The position numbers were made by a program, and so were the translations under genes. From positions 4,712,001-4,776,000 of the forward strand of contig CM075988.1 of assembly GCA_038087875.1 (NCBI GenBank): a stretch of DNA of 64,000 nucleotides, in the 5' to 3' direction. Under the pieces are notes generated by a model that searched no databases, was not told where the DNA came from, and worked only from the letters and a program-made list of their open reading frames with translations. Of the stretch, positions 22,997 through 36,479 are shown piece after piece. Source of the stretch: Malacoraja senta. Taxonomy: Eukaryota. Position 1 is the first letter of the stretch. Each line of letters begins with the position of its first letter.

Positions 22997-23640
22997 AGTG
23001 CCTTCATAACAAGAGGAGTTGAGTCTACGAGCAAAGAGGTCCTTCTGCAGTTGTACAGACCCCTCATGAGACCACACCTGGAGTATTGTGTGCAGTTTTG
23101 GTCTCCAAATCTGAGGAAGGAAATTCTTGCTATTGAGGGAGTGCAGCGTAGGTTCACAAGGGTAATTCCTGGGATGGCGGGACTGTCATATGTTGAAAGA
23201 ATGGAGCGGCTGGGCTTGTATATCCTGGAATTCAGAAGGATGAGAGGGTATCTTATTGAAACATATAAGATTATTAAGGGATTGGACATGCTAGAGGAAG
23301 GAAACATGTTCCCGATGTTGGGGGAGTCCAGAACCAGGGGCCACAGTTTAAGAATAAGGGGTAGGCCATTTAGAACGGATATGAGGAAAATCCTTTTCAC
23401 CCAGAGAGTTGTGAATCTGTGGAATTCTCTGCCTCAGTAGGCAGTGGAGGCCAATTCTCTGGATGCTTTCAAGAGTAAGATAGAGCTTTTAAAGATAGCA
23501 GAGTCAAGGTATATGGGGAGAAGGCAGGAATGGGTTACTGATTGTGGATGATCAGCCATGATCACAATGAATGGCGGTGCTGGCTCGAAGGACCGAATGG
23601 CCTATTCCTGCACCTATTGTCTTTTGTTTATTGTCTATTG
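22997..23640 (+). mobile_element. CR1 LINE 3' end
   Basis: LYRPLMRPHLEYCVQFWSP...TRGHSLRIRG; (TGTCTAT)n tail. Confidence 0.9.
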
Positions 23641-23704
23641 ACAAGCAGCATCTCTGGATAGAAGGAATGGGTGACGTTTTGGGTCTAGACCCTTCGTCAG
23701 ACTG

Positions 23705-24310
23705 AGCTATTGACTATAACATTTGGGAAGTAATGTTGCAGTTATATAAGACATTAGTGAGGCCACATTATTGTGTTTAGTTTTGGACATCATGTTGTAG
23801 GAAAGATGTTGTCAAGCTGGAAAGGGTACAGATAAAATTTACCAGGATGTCGCCAAGACTCGAGGCCCTGAGCTACTGTATAGGGAGAGGTTGAATAGGC
23901 TAGGACATTATTTCTTGGAGCACAGGAGGCTGAGGTGATCTTATAGAGTTGTACAAGGTCATGCGAGGAATAAATCAGGTAAATGCAGAAGAGTCTTTTC
24001 CACAGAGAACAGGAATCGAGAACAAGAGGACATAGGTTTAAGGTGAGGTTGGGAATGATTGAGTAGGAAACCGAGGGGTAATTTTTTTAATACAAAGGAT
24101 GGTATTGAACGAGCTGCCAGAGGAGGTAGTTGAGGCAGGTACTATTGTTGCATTTAAGAGACATTTGGACAGGTACATGGATAGGACAGGTTTAGAAGGT
24201 TATAAGTTAAACGCAGGCAGGTGGGACTAGTGTGGATGGGGCATGTTGGTCGGCGTGGGCATGTTGGGCCCAAGGGCCTGTTTCCACGCTGGGTGACTCT
24301 ATGGACTCTA
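23705..24310 (+). mobile_element. Degenerate CR1 LINE 3' end
   Basis: Colinear with ~9760-10360; GACTCTAT tail. Confidence 0.85.
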
Positions 24311-24883
24311 CGTAACTGTCAGAGCTACGTTCTGCTGCCCAATATCATCATCCAGGTGGCCTCGGGCTTGTAACATCATTTATTGCAAGAAAGGCGGAAT
24401 AATGCTTTGATCCAGGGCAAAGAAGGGCTGAAGGAGAGAAAGCAATGGGGTGGGATTGCTCCATTTCAAACTCATTCAAATCTCACTGAAAATCCATACA
24501 CATCTTCCCTGTGCAGGGCGTTTGGCCTTGGTGAATGAACCATTTATGAATTTGCAAGAAGAAATGGTTTCTGGGAGAATCTGTCCTCATTTATGTAAGA
24601 CCACCACACATCACACTGTAAATAAAACCGGTTGTTTCACATTTCTGCTTGCCCTAACTTTCCATGCTTTTGTTCACTTCAATTCTTTCAGCATCAGCTC
24701 AGGAACATTATCAGCAGACCCACACTGAACCAATTAAAGGAGAGTGGTGTTGGTGACAGGGCCCCAATTCCAAGTAATAGGTGACAATTGTATGGTTGAT
24801 TTCACACGGAGATCCAAAATGAGACTGTAGATAACAATAAAAGGCCATTATCATGCATCATGTACGTAATCTGGAAGCTTTTT

Positions 24884-25838
24884 TTTTTTTAAATATTTTT
24901 ATTTTATTAGAAGTAAGTACAATCATATGGCACCAAAGTGCCTAATATATATTGACATCATACATTTTATGTACAGCTTCTTATTTTTTTTATTATTATA
25001 ATGCAGAAGAAAAAGAGAGAATAGATAACAAAAGATAGAAAAACGTGTGATATATAGTGTGTGAGAAAGAAAAAAGGGTGAAAGAAGAAAAGTGAAGAAA
25101 AGAAGATAGAAAGAAACAGAGTAGAAAGTTAAAAAAAATAATTAAGGAGATCATTATTTATAATCTGGACCATCCCTCACCCAGTCACGAGACAGTTAGC
25201 TTCTACAATTGTGTTGCACCATATGCTTCCAGAAAGACGACAAATGGAGACCAACTCGTTAAGAATTGGTCTGATTTATCTATTAGGAGAAATCGCATTT
25301 CCTCAAGGTGTGCGGTGTCCAACATGCTTGAAATCCACATTTTAAGCGTTGGTATTGGTGCATTTTTCCAAAATTTAAGTATTATTTTTTTGCCATTATT
25401 AAACCATAACTAAAAAATTAATTTTGAGATGAGTTCAATTTATTCCCGTCTTCCATTACTCCAAATATAATCATTTCAGTATTAGGTTCCATTTTTATCT
25501 TGAATAATTTTGTAAATATTTCAAAAATATCACTCCAAAATTTATAAAGTTTTATGCAGGAAACGAAAGAGTGTTTTGGAATAAACATTTATCACAAATG
25601 GGGGACATATTTGGGTAGAATTTATTCAATCTAGTTTTTGAATAATATAATCTATGTAAAATTTTAAATTGAATTAAATTATGTCTTACATTAATCGAAC
25701 ATTTGTGTATATATATCAAATACTTTTGCCATGTTTCCTTCGTAATTTTTTCATTAATTCTCGTTCCCACTCTTCTCTAAGTGCCTCTGTCGATGGTAGT
25801 TCTATATTTAAAATACTATTATAGTATTTCTATTTATA
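24884..25838 (-). mobile_element. L1 LINE 3' fragment, divergent subfamily
   Basis: Poly(T) at left; HKCSINVRHNLIQFKILHRLYYSK..ICDKC; TSD TAATCTGGAAGCTTTTT at 24867 and 25839. Confidence 0.92.
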
Positions 25839-25855
25839 TAATCTGGAAGCTTTTT

Positions 25856-26153
25856 AGTTTAGTTTAGAGATACAGCGCGGAAACAAACCCTTCGGTCCAC
25901 CGAGTCCGCACCGACCAGCGATCCCCGCACACTAACACTATCTTACACACACTCAGGATAATTGTCCACCTACACCAGGCCAATTAACCTACATACCTGT
26001 ACGTCTTTGGAGTGTGCGAGGAAACCGAAGATCTCGGAGAAAACCCACGCGGTCATGAGGAGAACATACAGACTCCGTACAGACAGCACCCTTAGTCGGG
26101 ATCGAACCCGGGTTTCCGGCACTGCAAGCGCTGTAAGGCAACAACTCTACCGC
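25856..26153 (-). mobile_element. V-SINE (HE1-like)
   Basis: Reverse-complement B box, V-domain and (TTTAG)n tail. Confidence 0.85.
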
Positions 26154-26174
26154 TGGCTTGTGTGTGCTAAACCA

Positions 26175-26390
26175 GAGTGCTGCTGGAGTAGCATCTCTGG
26201 AGAGAAGGAATGGGCGACGTTTTGGGTCGAGACCCTTCTTAGGACTGATCTGGATCAGTCTGAAGAAGGGCTTGACCCGAAACGTTGCCCATTCCTTCTC
26301 TCCAGAGATGCTGCCTCACCCGCTGAGTTACTCCAGCATTTTGTGTTTACCTTTGATTTAAACCAGCAACTGTACTTATTTCTTACACAC
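26175..26390. mobile_element. Palindromic Penelope-terminus element with hammerhead core at 26260-26286
   Basis: Inverted arms around GACTGATCTGGATCAGTC; CTGAAGAAGGG..CCCGAAACGTT. Confidence 0.8.
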
Positions 26391-28246
26391 GTGTTGCTGG
26401 AGTAGATGGTATTAGTCATAAGGAGAGGTTGGACAATCACAAGACCAGTGAGCGGAGGTTTGCTATATTTTAATTGAATTTACTGCCAGGTCTACACACT
26501 GCGGGGAGACGGGAGATGAAATCTTTGAATGTGGACGGATGTCTCCGGGCCTGCTTGTTCTAAGCGGAATATATTTTTAGATGCCTTTCAAGCCGGGCTT
26601 TGGTTTTGTTCCTTGTTTTTGTTTATTCGCCCACACTTTTCATGTGTGAGGGTATGAGAAGTCCATGCAGGGTGCCGGCGGGCCGCAGCCGCTGTTCTTT
26701 CACATCAGTTGCACATCAGATTGTTGGGAGACGGAGCTCAGGGTTCGCCTCCTGAGCTGCTTTGGTGCCCAGGCGTGAGTTGAGGTAGAGGGAGGGCGTC
26801 ATTAATCTATCTGGGGTGACAAGGCTCTTGGGTTAGGCTGGGATCATTCTCTGCGGGATGATCTTAGTACGGGAGACAAGTGTAGGAGAGGTGTACTGAC
26901 TGTGTGGGCAGACACTTTGGTAGTGATTGCCCACCAGTCTCAAAAGCCGCTGTGTCTCCCTGTCCCTGGGATAGCAGGGGGCGATCAAACAGCACAATAC
27001 CCCCCTCCCCCTCCACGCCAACACGAAGGGCAACGATCCCAAGGCTTTAGCATCAGAAACTGCGGGCAGGCGACAATCACCCGCCATAACACGAGAGAGA
27101 TCATGAACTATTGTAGGTCTCCTTTACACGTCGGTGTTTCTGTCTTTCTCCATCTCATTGTTGGCCCTGTCTGTCGCCACCCCCACCCCCACCCCTCTGC
27201 TTCCCGGCCATGTGTGTGACCCCTTCCCTCCCCTCTCCAGCTCCCCGCCCATTGCACCGGGCGCGGGGGCTTTGCACTGTCTTCACGTTGGTGATGCCAG
27301 CAGGTCAGTGCCCGTTGACCCGGGGCAAATGCTCGGGGGCTCTCTCCCAGCGCGGCCCCGGACCGGGGGGGGGGGGGGGGATGGGAGTCAGTGGGCACGC
27401 CGGCTCTGCCACACCATGGGCCGCCGCCAACCAAGCCACCCGTCCAAGTCCACACGCTCGGTAGAACAGGAGCTGAGACTGAGAACTGTACCGCCCTTGC
27501 CCCCTCCCTCTGCAACTGCAAACAACCCCACTCTCCTGCTCACCTAACCCGCCCATCCCTTCTCTCTGGGTATTGAAAGCGCTTCTGGTCTGCAGTGTGC
27601 AATAGTCACCAAAATACACTGCATCTTTAGAAAGGAAAAACACAAAACATGTAAATCCCACTGGATAGGCTTTGTACCACACGGAAACAGGTCCTTCGGC
27701 CCAGATAGGCCGTGCCGTCTAAGTTGGCGTCTTGGGGTAGTCCTATTTGCCTGCATGTGGCCCATAGCCCTCTAAACCCTTCCCATCCATTTATCTGTCG
27801 TTAATAACCTCAAGAAAATTCCTGCAAATGGGTCCAACTCAGAGAGAAGTCTCCCCCCTTTCCAGGGTTAATCGCTCCACTGTTTATAATGCTTCCTGCA
27901 TTATGAAGTCCTCGACAGTGAACCCCATGGGCAATCACTACCAAAGTGTCTGCCCACACAGACAGTACACTTGTCTCCCGTACTAAGTCACCCCAACCCC
28001 CCCCCCCCCCCCCCCCCCACACCTTTCCCTCCCAACTCCAGTCCCGTCCCGACCCTCTGGGAAACTGAAGGGAGCGACAATCAACTGCCACGGATACAAA
28101 TAATGTCATACACAAGAAAGGGCAGATGCTGGTTGACAAAAAGTGAACACACGGTGCTGGAGTTACACAAAGACACAGCAGAATTTGGAAATGTCATCCC
28201 ATCACCCATTCCTTCTCTCCAGAGATGCTGCCTGCCCGCTGAGTTA

Positions 28247-28557
28247 AAGAGTTCCCACGGTAGACTCACGAGTCACTAAGGTAAACGCACGGGCCACTGC
28301 GTTCTTACAACGTGTTTAAATGTTTCAAGTTTTAACCTCAAGAGTACATTTTACTTGTGGAAAAGTTTAAACATGTTTGAATTTTTCCAAGAGTTAACAA
28401 GTGTCACGGGTACCTGCCGTTAGCGCCAAGAGTCGCTAAGTTGCGTCCACGAGTTCCGACGTTCCCGCTACGTTAATCGTACGTGATTACCACGAGTTAA
28501 ATTTGTTTTATGCTCGGGGTACCTCGTGGGTCAGCTCGCACCGTGAGACAGGGGTTT
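28247..28557. mobile_element. Probable Harbinger-type MITE (second family)
   Basis: Right end CACCGTGAGACAGGGGTT resembles the TIRs of 48827-49325; CACGAG/CTCGTG-rich interior. Confidence 0.55.
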
Positions 28558-28579
28558 AACACTGTGTCACTGTGCTGCC

Positions 28580-28958
28580 CTAAGGGAGACCTGATAGAAG
28601 TATTTAACATTATTTGAGGCATAGATAGAGATTATTTGAGGCATAGATAGGGAAGACAATATGAGCCTTCTTCCCAGGGTAGAAATGTCAAATACTGGAG
28701 GGTGTACGTTTAAGGTGAGCGAGGCAAGGTTTAACGGAGATGTGCGGGGCAGATTTTTACACAGAGGGTTGTGGGTGTCTGGAACCCACTGCCAGGGGTG
28801 GTGTTGGGGGCAAATACATTTGTGAAGTTTTGCAGGTTTTAAGATAGGCACGTTAATATGCTGGGATTGGAGGATATGGATCATGTTCAGCCAGAGGGGA
28901 TTATTTAACTTGGTAACATGTTTGGCACAGACACAGTGGGCTGAAGTTCCTGTGTTGT
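28580..28958 (+). mobile_element. Degenerate CR1 3' fragment
   Basis: GGAGACCTGATAGAAGT ... TTTTTACACAGAGGGTTGTGGGTGTCTGGAAC. Confidence 0.75.
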
Positions 28959-28959
28959 A

Positions 28960-29675
28960 CAATAGACAATAGACAATAGGTGCAGGAGTAGGCCATTCGG
29001 CACTTCGAGCCAGCACCGTCATTCACTGTGATCATGGCTGATCATCCACAATAGTACCCCGCTCCTGCCTTTTCCCCATATCCCCTGACTCCACTATCTT
29101 TAAGAGCTCTATCTAACTCTCTCTTGAACGCATCCAGAGAATTGGCCTCCACTGCCATTTGAGGCAGAGAATTTCACAGATTCACAACCCTCTGTATGAA
29201 ATCGTTTTTCCTCATCTCCGTTCTAAATGGCTTACCCCTTATTCTTAAACTGTGGCCTCAGGTTTTGGACTTCCCCAACATTGGGAACATGTTTCCTGCA
29301 TCTAAACCTTTAATAATCTTATATGTTTCAATATGATATCCTCGCATCCTTCTAAATTCCAGAGTATACAAGCCCAGCCACTCCATTCTATCAACATATG
29401 AGTCTCGCCATCCCGGGAATTAACCGTGTGAACCTTCGCTGCACTCCCTCAATAGCAAGAATGTCCTACCTCAAATTTGGAGACCACAACTGCACACAAT
29501 ACTCTAGGTGCGGTCTCACCAGGACCCTGTACAACTGCAGAAGGACCTCTTTTCTCTTATACTCAACTCCTCTTGTTATGAAGGCCAACATGCCATTAGC
29601 TTTCTTCATTGCCTGCTGTACATGCATGCTTACTTTCAGTGACTGATGAACAAGGACCCCCAGATCTCGTTGTAT
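28960..29675 (-). mobile_element. CR1 LINE 3' end
   Basis: (ATAGACA)n tail; antisense of LVRPHLEYCVQ and TRLIPGMA. Confidence 0.9.
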
Positions 29676-29817
29676 ATAGTTCTGTTTAGTTCTGTAATTT
29701 CTGTTTAGATTAACAATAACATTGTAGAATACAATGCAAGGACATTCCGATACATCAGGTCCTTAATACAGAACTTCTGAATTGTGCCTGTAAGCAGTAC
29801 CGATATATGGTGTGTAA

Positions 29818-32080
29818 GGGGCAGCACGGTGATGCAGCGGTAGAGTTTCTGCCTCACAGCACCAGGTTCGATCCTGACTACGGCTGCTGTCTGTATGGAG
29901 TTTGTACATTCTCCCCGTGACTGCGTGGGTTTTCTCCGGGTGCTCCGGTTTTCTCCCGCACTCCAAAGACGTACAAAGGTTTATAGTTTAATTGGCTTCT
30001 GTAAATTGTCTCTTGTGTGTAGGATAGAACTAGTGTATGGGTGATCGCTGGTCAACAATTGTAAATTGTCACTAGTGTGTAGGAAAGTGTTAGGATACAG
30101 GGTGATCGCTGGTCGACGCCGACTCGATGGGCCGAAGGGCCTATTTCCGCGCTGTATCTCTGAAGTTAAAACTCTGAGGAAAGATAATCCATGCTTATAC
30201 TGCAGACAGGATTTCATAGATTCCTACTTTACACACACCCGCAAAACACGCAACACAATGTTTTCCACTGTACCTCTGTACATGGCAATCATAAACATGA
30301 ACCTAAACCACCAATTTGTGCCATTCCAAAACTCTGACAATTCTGTCTGACAAGCAACAATTCCCTGCACTCTTTGCTTCTGTGTTGGTCAATATTTGCT
30401 ACTGGACATTTTTCTCCTCATTTCTAGTTTATTTTCGAGATAAAGAAACAGTTTTTTCAGCCCACCGAGTCTGCACCGACCAGCAATCCCTGCACATTAA
30501 GACTATCCTACACATACTAGGGACATTTTTTTTACAATTTTACCAAGTCAATTAACCTACAATCCTCTACGTCTTTGGAGTGTGGGAGGAAACCGGGGCA
30601 CCCGGGGAAAACCCACGCAGGTCACAGGGAGATCGCCGTACAGACAAGCACCCACTGTGGGGATCGAACCCAGGTCTCTGGCGCTGTAAGGCAGCAACTC
30701 TTCCGCTGAGCCACTGTGCTGCCCTTGCTTCACAAGGCCACTCCACTCTCCTCCTGGAAACCCTGCTGATGTCAGCAAACCTCTGGGATTTGCCACGATT
30801 TCAAAGCGCTGCACAAGCACAACATATTTTTAGCCGCTGGTGAGCATTGTAAAACGTAGCAGGGTCTGTGATAGAATCCCTCTTCCCCTCTGACAGGTAA
30901 TCTGATAGCTGTTCGTGAAGAGTTATTCTCGACCTGTTGCCCTCCAGTGTGTAATCAGAGGTTAAAACTGGAGCTCTAATCTATAGATTTCCTGTAGGTG
31001 CTACGAAATAACTGTCCTCAGGGGCTTGGCAGTTAATAAGTTCGGCTGTGAAACAAACATCAATACATAAACAGCTATTCGAACCTGACTTACTCGACAA
31101 AGTACTGACGGGATTGAAGGTAACATCAGCATCTGTGTTTATCCTCTGTGCTAATGTGAACAAAATGTAAAGGACATTTGGATAGGAAAGGTACAGAGAG
31201 ATAAGGGCCAAAAAGGGGGCAGAGGGACTAATGTATATGGGGCATCTCAGTTGGTATGGGCAAGTTGGGCCGAATGGCTTGTTTCCATGATGTATAATAT
31301 ATAACTCCATGTTTTAGTTTAGTTTAGAGATACAGCGGGGAAACAGGCCCTTTGGCCCACCATGTCCGTGCAGACCAGCGATCCCCGCACACTATTACTA
31401 TCCTGCACACACTAGGGACAATTTACAATTATACCAAGCCAATTAACCTACAAACCTGGATGTCTTTGGAGTGTGGGAGGAAACTAGAGATCCTGGAGAA
31501 AACCCACGCAGGTCACGGGGAGAACGGACAAATGCCGTACAGACAGCACCCGTGGTCAGGATCAAACCCGGATCTCGGGCGCTGTAAGGCATCAACTCTA
31601 AAGCTGTGCCACCATGGTGGAGAGTCATATTAGGACAGGGTATGAACTTGACATTCCATCCAACTCTGGGAGTTTCCATCTCAACATATTAGGTTAAGAA
31701 CCTCAAGGTTGTTTTAGTTGTGCGGAGAGAGTGCAGCAAGAGCCTTTATTGCCCATATAATAACAATGAACTGCAGATGCATGTTGATACACACAAGTAC
31801 ACGCTGGGGCAGTGGTAGAGTTGCTGCCATACCGCACCACAGACCTCGGTTCGATCCTGCATACGGGTGTTTACAGAGTTCGGATGCTCTCCCCGTGACT
31901 GCGTGGGTTTTCTGCGGGTGCTCCAGTTCCCTCCCACACTCCAAAGACGTAAAGGTTTGTAGGCTAATTGGCTTCTGTTACTTGTAAATTGTCCCTAGTG
32001 TTCGTGGTAGTGCTCGTGCACGGGATCGGCATGGACTCGTTGGGCCGAAGGACCTTCTTCCACGCCGTATCTCAAAAGTC
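29818..32080. mobile_element. Cluster of V-SINEs (+29818-30165, -30425-30725, -31312-31618, +31800-32075)
   Basis: Each has tRNA-like A/B boxes, the V-domain and the CR1-shared tail. Confidence 0.8.
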
Positions 32081-32085
32081 ATTGC

Positions 32086-32322
32086 TGTCGCGGCACCTGC
32101 TGGTGCTCGCAGGTAGTCGAACCCTGCGGTCGGGTTCCTCGGGCATGTGACACTGGGAGGGGTTGCGTTTTCGTGCGCTTTCAGGGCGATGCCCTTTCAG
32201 TCGCTCTAGACCACCGTTGTGGCTGGATCTGTTTTGTAGGTTGTGTGGGACCCATCGTTAGTTTAATCGTTTTTCAAATAAAACTTAATTTTAACCATCG
32301 ACTCTTGTCTCCATCCGCCAAA
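32086..32322 (+). repeat. Gypsy 5' LTR
   Basis: TGT start; about 14 differences from the 3' LTR by eye; contains AATAAA. Confidence 0.93.
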
Positions 32323-32323
32323 T

Positions 32324-32337
32324 TGGTGACCCCGACG
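32324..32337 (+). promoter_or_regulatory. Primer-binding site complementary to the tRNA-Trp 3' end
   Basis: TGGTGACCCCGACG directly after the 5' LTR matches the known tRNA-Trp PBS, TGGTGACCCCGACGTGAT. Confidence 0.85.
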
Positions 32338-35300
32338 CGTCCATCCGAAGTTGGACGAAGAGATGCAGGACGATTATCTTCCTGCCAGCGCTTCCAGCGT
32401 CCATCAGAATGCTGTCAGCCTGAGACTTCCCGAGTTTTGGCCCGATTAATCTCCGGTGCGGTTCGCCCACGTCGAGGCGCAGTTTCATCTGCACCACATC
32501 GTTGCAGATGAGACGAGATACTTCCACGTGGTGGGAGCTCTGCCGCAGGAGTCTGCCTCCCATCTACTGCCTTACCTTCGGGATCCACCGGCAGCTGCCA
32601 AGTATAAGGGCCTCAATGCTCTCCTGCTGCACACCTTCGGACTCAGCCGACGGGACCGTGCCGCCCGCATCCTGCACATGGACAGCTTGGAAGATCGGCA
32701 GCCGTCCGTCCTGATGGCCAGGATGCTCACGCTCATGGACGGCCATGTTCAAGCAGGCGTTGCTTGAACAGATGCCCGATGATATCTGTCTGATGCTCGG
32801 ATTTCCAAGATCCCCAGCAGCTTGCGGAGCGGGCTGATGAGCTCTGGATGACCAGGCATCAGGATGTCTGTGCCATTGACCGCGTGCCCGCATCAGCACG
32901 CCTTTCACCTCAGCGGCTCCGCGAGGAAGGCATGCCCTCAGCCTCCACTGAAGAGCCGCAGCAGCAGCCTGAGACTCGCGGTAAGCACTGTTGGTGCTAC
33001 TACCACCTCCGTTTTGGTGCGGAGGCTCGCCGCTGCCGCCAGCCCTGCACGTTTCAGGGAAATGCCTCAGCCGATCGTCTGTAGAGGCAATCACGATCGG
33101 CCAGAACGAACGTCTCTACATCCGCGACCGCCATTCCGGCCGCCGTTTCCTGGTGGACTCCGGCACGATCATCAGCATTCTCCCCCCGACCGGTCGTGAT
33201 ACCCATGCTGGTAAGTAGGGCCCTGTCCTCTCGGCCGTTAACGGGAGCGACATATGAACGTACGGTACGCGGACCTTTACCCTCACCCTCGACTCCCGCT
33301 CGTACATATGGAAATTTATCATTGCCCAGACGCTCTTGGGAGCCGATTTCCTGCGCGCGTTCTCCTTCGTCGTCAACTTGCGGGGCGGTCGCATGGTTCC
33401 TCGGTCGGACATCAGCCCCGCTGCACCGCGCAGCCCGCCCCGGCCTGTCCCGCAGCTTGACGCTGTTGCCGAAGTCGAAGGCCCGTTCACCGCCTTGCTC
33501 TCCGATTACCCCGAGCTCCTTATGCCCCGTTTCAGCGGGGCGGCTCCCCGACACGGGGTCGTGCACCACTTCTCCACCGAGGGCCCCCCGGTGCATGCTC
33601 GGGCGCACCACCTCCCGCCGGACAAGCTGCGCATCGCCCGGGATGAATTCCAACTGATGGAGGACATGGGCATTGTCCGACGGTCTGACAGCCTGTGGGC
33701 CTCCCCGCTACATATGGTCCCAAAAGCATCTGTGGGGTGGAGACCGGTGATTACAGGCGCCTGAACGCGGTAACCACAGCGGACTGTTATATCCTGGATT
33801 TCTCCGCGCACCTCGAGGGCGCCGCTTTCTTCCTGTTGGTGCACCCGCGCGTGTCCGCCCCCACAGAGCTCACCATCGACGCCTCGGATGCTGCTGTTGG
33901 TGCAGTTCTGGAGCAGTTCATTGACAACCGCTGGCAGTCGCAAGCGTTTTTCAGTTGGCAGCTGCGTGCTCCAGCGTGCAAATACAGCGCTTTCGACCGA
34001 GAGCTCCTTGCGTTCTACCTAGCCATCAGGCATTTCAGATATTTCCTCGAGGGCCGCGCTTTCACCGCATTCACGGACCACAAGGCCCTTACGTTCGCCC
34101 TCAGTAAAATTGCGGATCCGTGGTCCGCCAGGCAGCAGAGGCACCTTGCCTACATCTCGGAATTCACGACAGATATCCGCCACATAGCTGGGAAGCTTAA
34201 CGTCGTTTCAGCTCTCGACCAGGGCGTCGACTATGGTGAGCTGGCAGCAGCGCAGCAGGCTGATGCCAGTATGGCAGACTATCGCACCGCCAGCTCTGGC
34301 CTCCGGCTAGCTGAAGTGCCTTGCGGCACAGCCGGTACCGTGGTCCTGTGCGATATCTCCTCAGGACGTACCCTCCCAGTCATCCCCGCCAGTTGGAGAT
34401 GGCGGGTTTTCGACGCGGTCCATGGTTTAGCCCACCCGTCCATACGTGCGACGTCTGCCCTGTTGGCTGCCAAGTTCGTCTGGCATGGACTCCGTAAGCA
34501 GGTAGCTGCCTGGGCCTGTGCCTGCATCCCGTGCCAGACCTCCAACATCCAGCGACACGTGCAGCCTCCGGTGCAGGATTTTGCCGTCTCCGAGGGCGGG
34601 TTCCTGCACGTGCATGTGGATCTCGTTGGTCCCTTACCACATTCCTGAGGCATCACGCACCTGCTCACCATCGTGGACCGTTTCATGAGGTGGCAGGAGG
34701 CGATTCCACTTTCTAATACCTCCGCTGAGGCTTGCATGCGGGCTATGTCGCCCCACTGGATCGCCCGGTTCAGGGTGCCCTCCGACACCACCACGGACCG
34801 TGGTGCCCAGTTCACCTCTTACTTGTGGTCGGCCCAGGCACAGCTCTACGGCGCCCGGTTACACCATACGACCGCCTATCACCCGGAGGCTAACGGGCTG
34901 GTCGAAAGGTTCCATTGGCACCTTAAGTCGGCGCTGAAGGCCCGGCTGACGGGTCCGGACTGGGTGGACCAGCTGCCTTGAGTCCTCCTGGGTATCCGTT
35001 CCGCGCCTAAGGAGGATTTGGCTGCTTCCTCGGCTGAGCTCCGTAAGCAGACAGGAAGATTTGGCCTCGGCGTTGCAGGCCGGCCATCGTGAACGGGTGC
35101 GCACTTTGGCTCCCGTCCCCAATTCCAGCATGGGTCACCCGCGGTGTTACAACAGTGTGCTTATGTTTTCATCCGCAGGGAGGCTCACTGCTCGCCACTG
35201 CAGCGGGTCTATGAGGGGCCTTTTCGAGTGCTGCGGGTCGGAGTTATCACGTTCACATTGGACGTGGGTGGCCGGGAGGAGTTCGCCTCCATCGGCCGTT

Positions 35301-35584
35301 TCAAGCCCGCCCACTTGGATGGGGACAGACCGGTGGTCGTTGCTCCACCGCGATGTAGGGGTCGTCCGCCGGCCATTCCGCCCGTTCTGAGCACACCTGT
35401 TCCTGGCTTTGTTCCGCCGGCCCCCATTGTTATGACCGTCCCAATTCCGTGGCCCTCACGTCCTCCTGGCCCTGTTTTGCCGGCCCCTACCTGTTACGCC
35501 CACCCCGCTTTCGAGAACCATGCGTTCCGGACATGTCATCCAGGTCCCTCCTCGGGTCCGTACCTCGGGTTCTGGGGGGTGCCA

Positions 35585-35822
35585 TGTAGCAGCTCCTACT
35601 GGCGCTCGCAGGTAGTCGAACCCTGTGGTCGGGTTCCTCGGGCATGTGACACTGCGGAGGGGTTGCGTTTTCGCGCGCTTTCAGGGCGATGCCCTTTCAG
35701 TCGCTCTAGACCACCGTTGTGGCTGGATCTGTTTTGTAGGTTGTGTGAGACCCATCGTTAGTTTGATCGTTTTACGAATAAAATTTAATTTAAACCATCG
35801 ACTCTTGTCTCCATCCGCCAAA
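35585..35822 (+). repeat. Gypsy 3' LTR
   Basis: Direct repeat of 32086-32322, preceded by a G-tract. Confidence 0.93.
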
Positions 35823-36479
35823 CTGCGTTAATATTCTCACAAAAGCTATGTGAAAACTTTACAGTAGATGGATTTATTATGGATATAATAATCACCGTGT
35901 GGATGGATGGAAAGGGCCTGTCTCCACGTTGTGTCTCCAAAGTAAAATAAAGACACAAAGTGCTGGAGTAATTCAGCAGGTCTGGCAGCATCTCTAGAGA
36001 AAATGTATAGGTGATGTTTCAGGTCGGGACCCTTCTTCAGACTCAAACAGTAAATAGTAAACAGAAAACAGGCACCTTTATTGCCAGTTGCAATCAAAAG
36101 GTGGGAATGTATCTTCCATTTGAAACATAATGATGATACTTCTTCATTGTGATTGCTTTTGCAAGTAGCTTGGTTCATTACTTTGGAGGTTGTTGAAAGT
36201 GTTATAACGCCAGCATGTTATAACGCCAGCTTTGGTTCGATGATTGGACTCTAGCCTCTGAGATGGAAGGTGTTGTATATAATTCGCAAACTTGAATAAA
36301 TGATGTAAGGCAACATTTCGTTGTGAAAGATCATTTACCAACATTCAGTAATGAGGAAGGGAGTTATGCAAAGTGTCCCCGGCAGTACTTATCCCGCAGA
36401 TACCATCAATAAAAGAGATTATCTGGTCATTATAAAGCCCAGTTTATCTTCCTTTGTGGAAAGTCTACTTTTTCTTCCT

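Larger units (their letters stand above)
32086..35822 (+). mobile_element. Ty3/Gypsy LTR retrotransposon, full structure but degenerate, RT core deleted
   Basis: LTRs at 32086-32322 and 35585-35822; PBS TGGTGACCCCGAC; gag; protease FLVDSG; RT start WASPLHMVPK/DYRRLN; RNase H IDASDAAVGAVL/YSAFDRELLA; integrase H..H..C..C, VHVDLVGP, TDRGAQF, NGLVERFH; PPT GGGGGG; TSD TTGC/CTGC. Confidence 0.95.

Noticed and set aside
32564..35427. Many overlapping GC-rich ORFs suggesting bacterial contamination or HGT
   Set aside because: All lie between paired LTRs and are shadow frames of Gypsy gag/pol.
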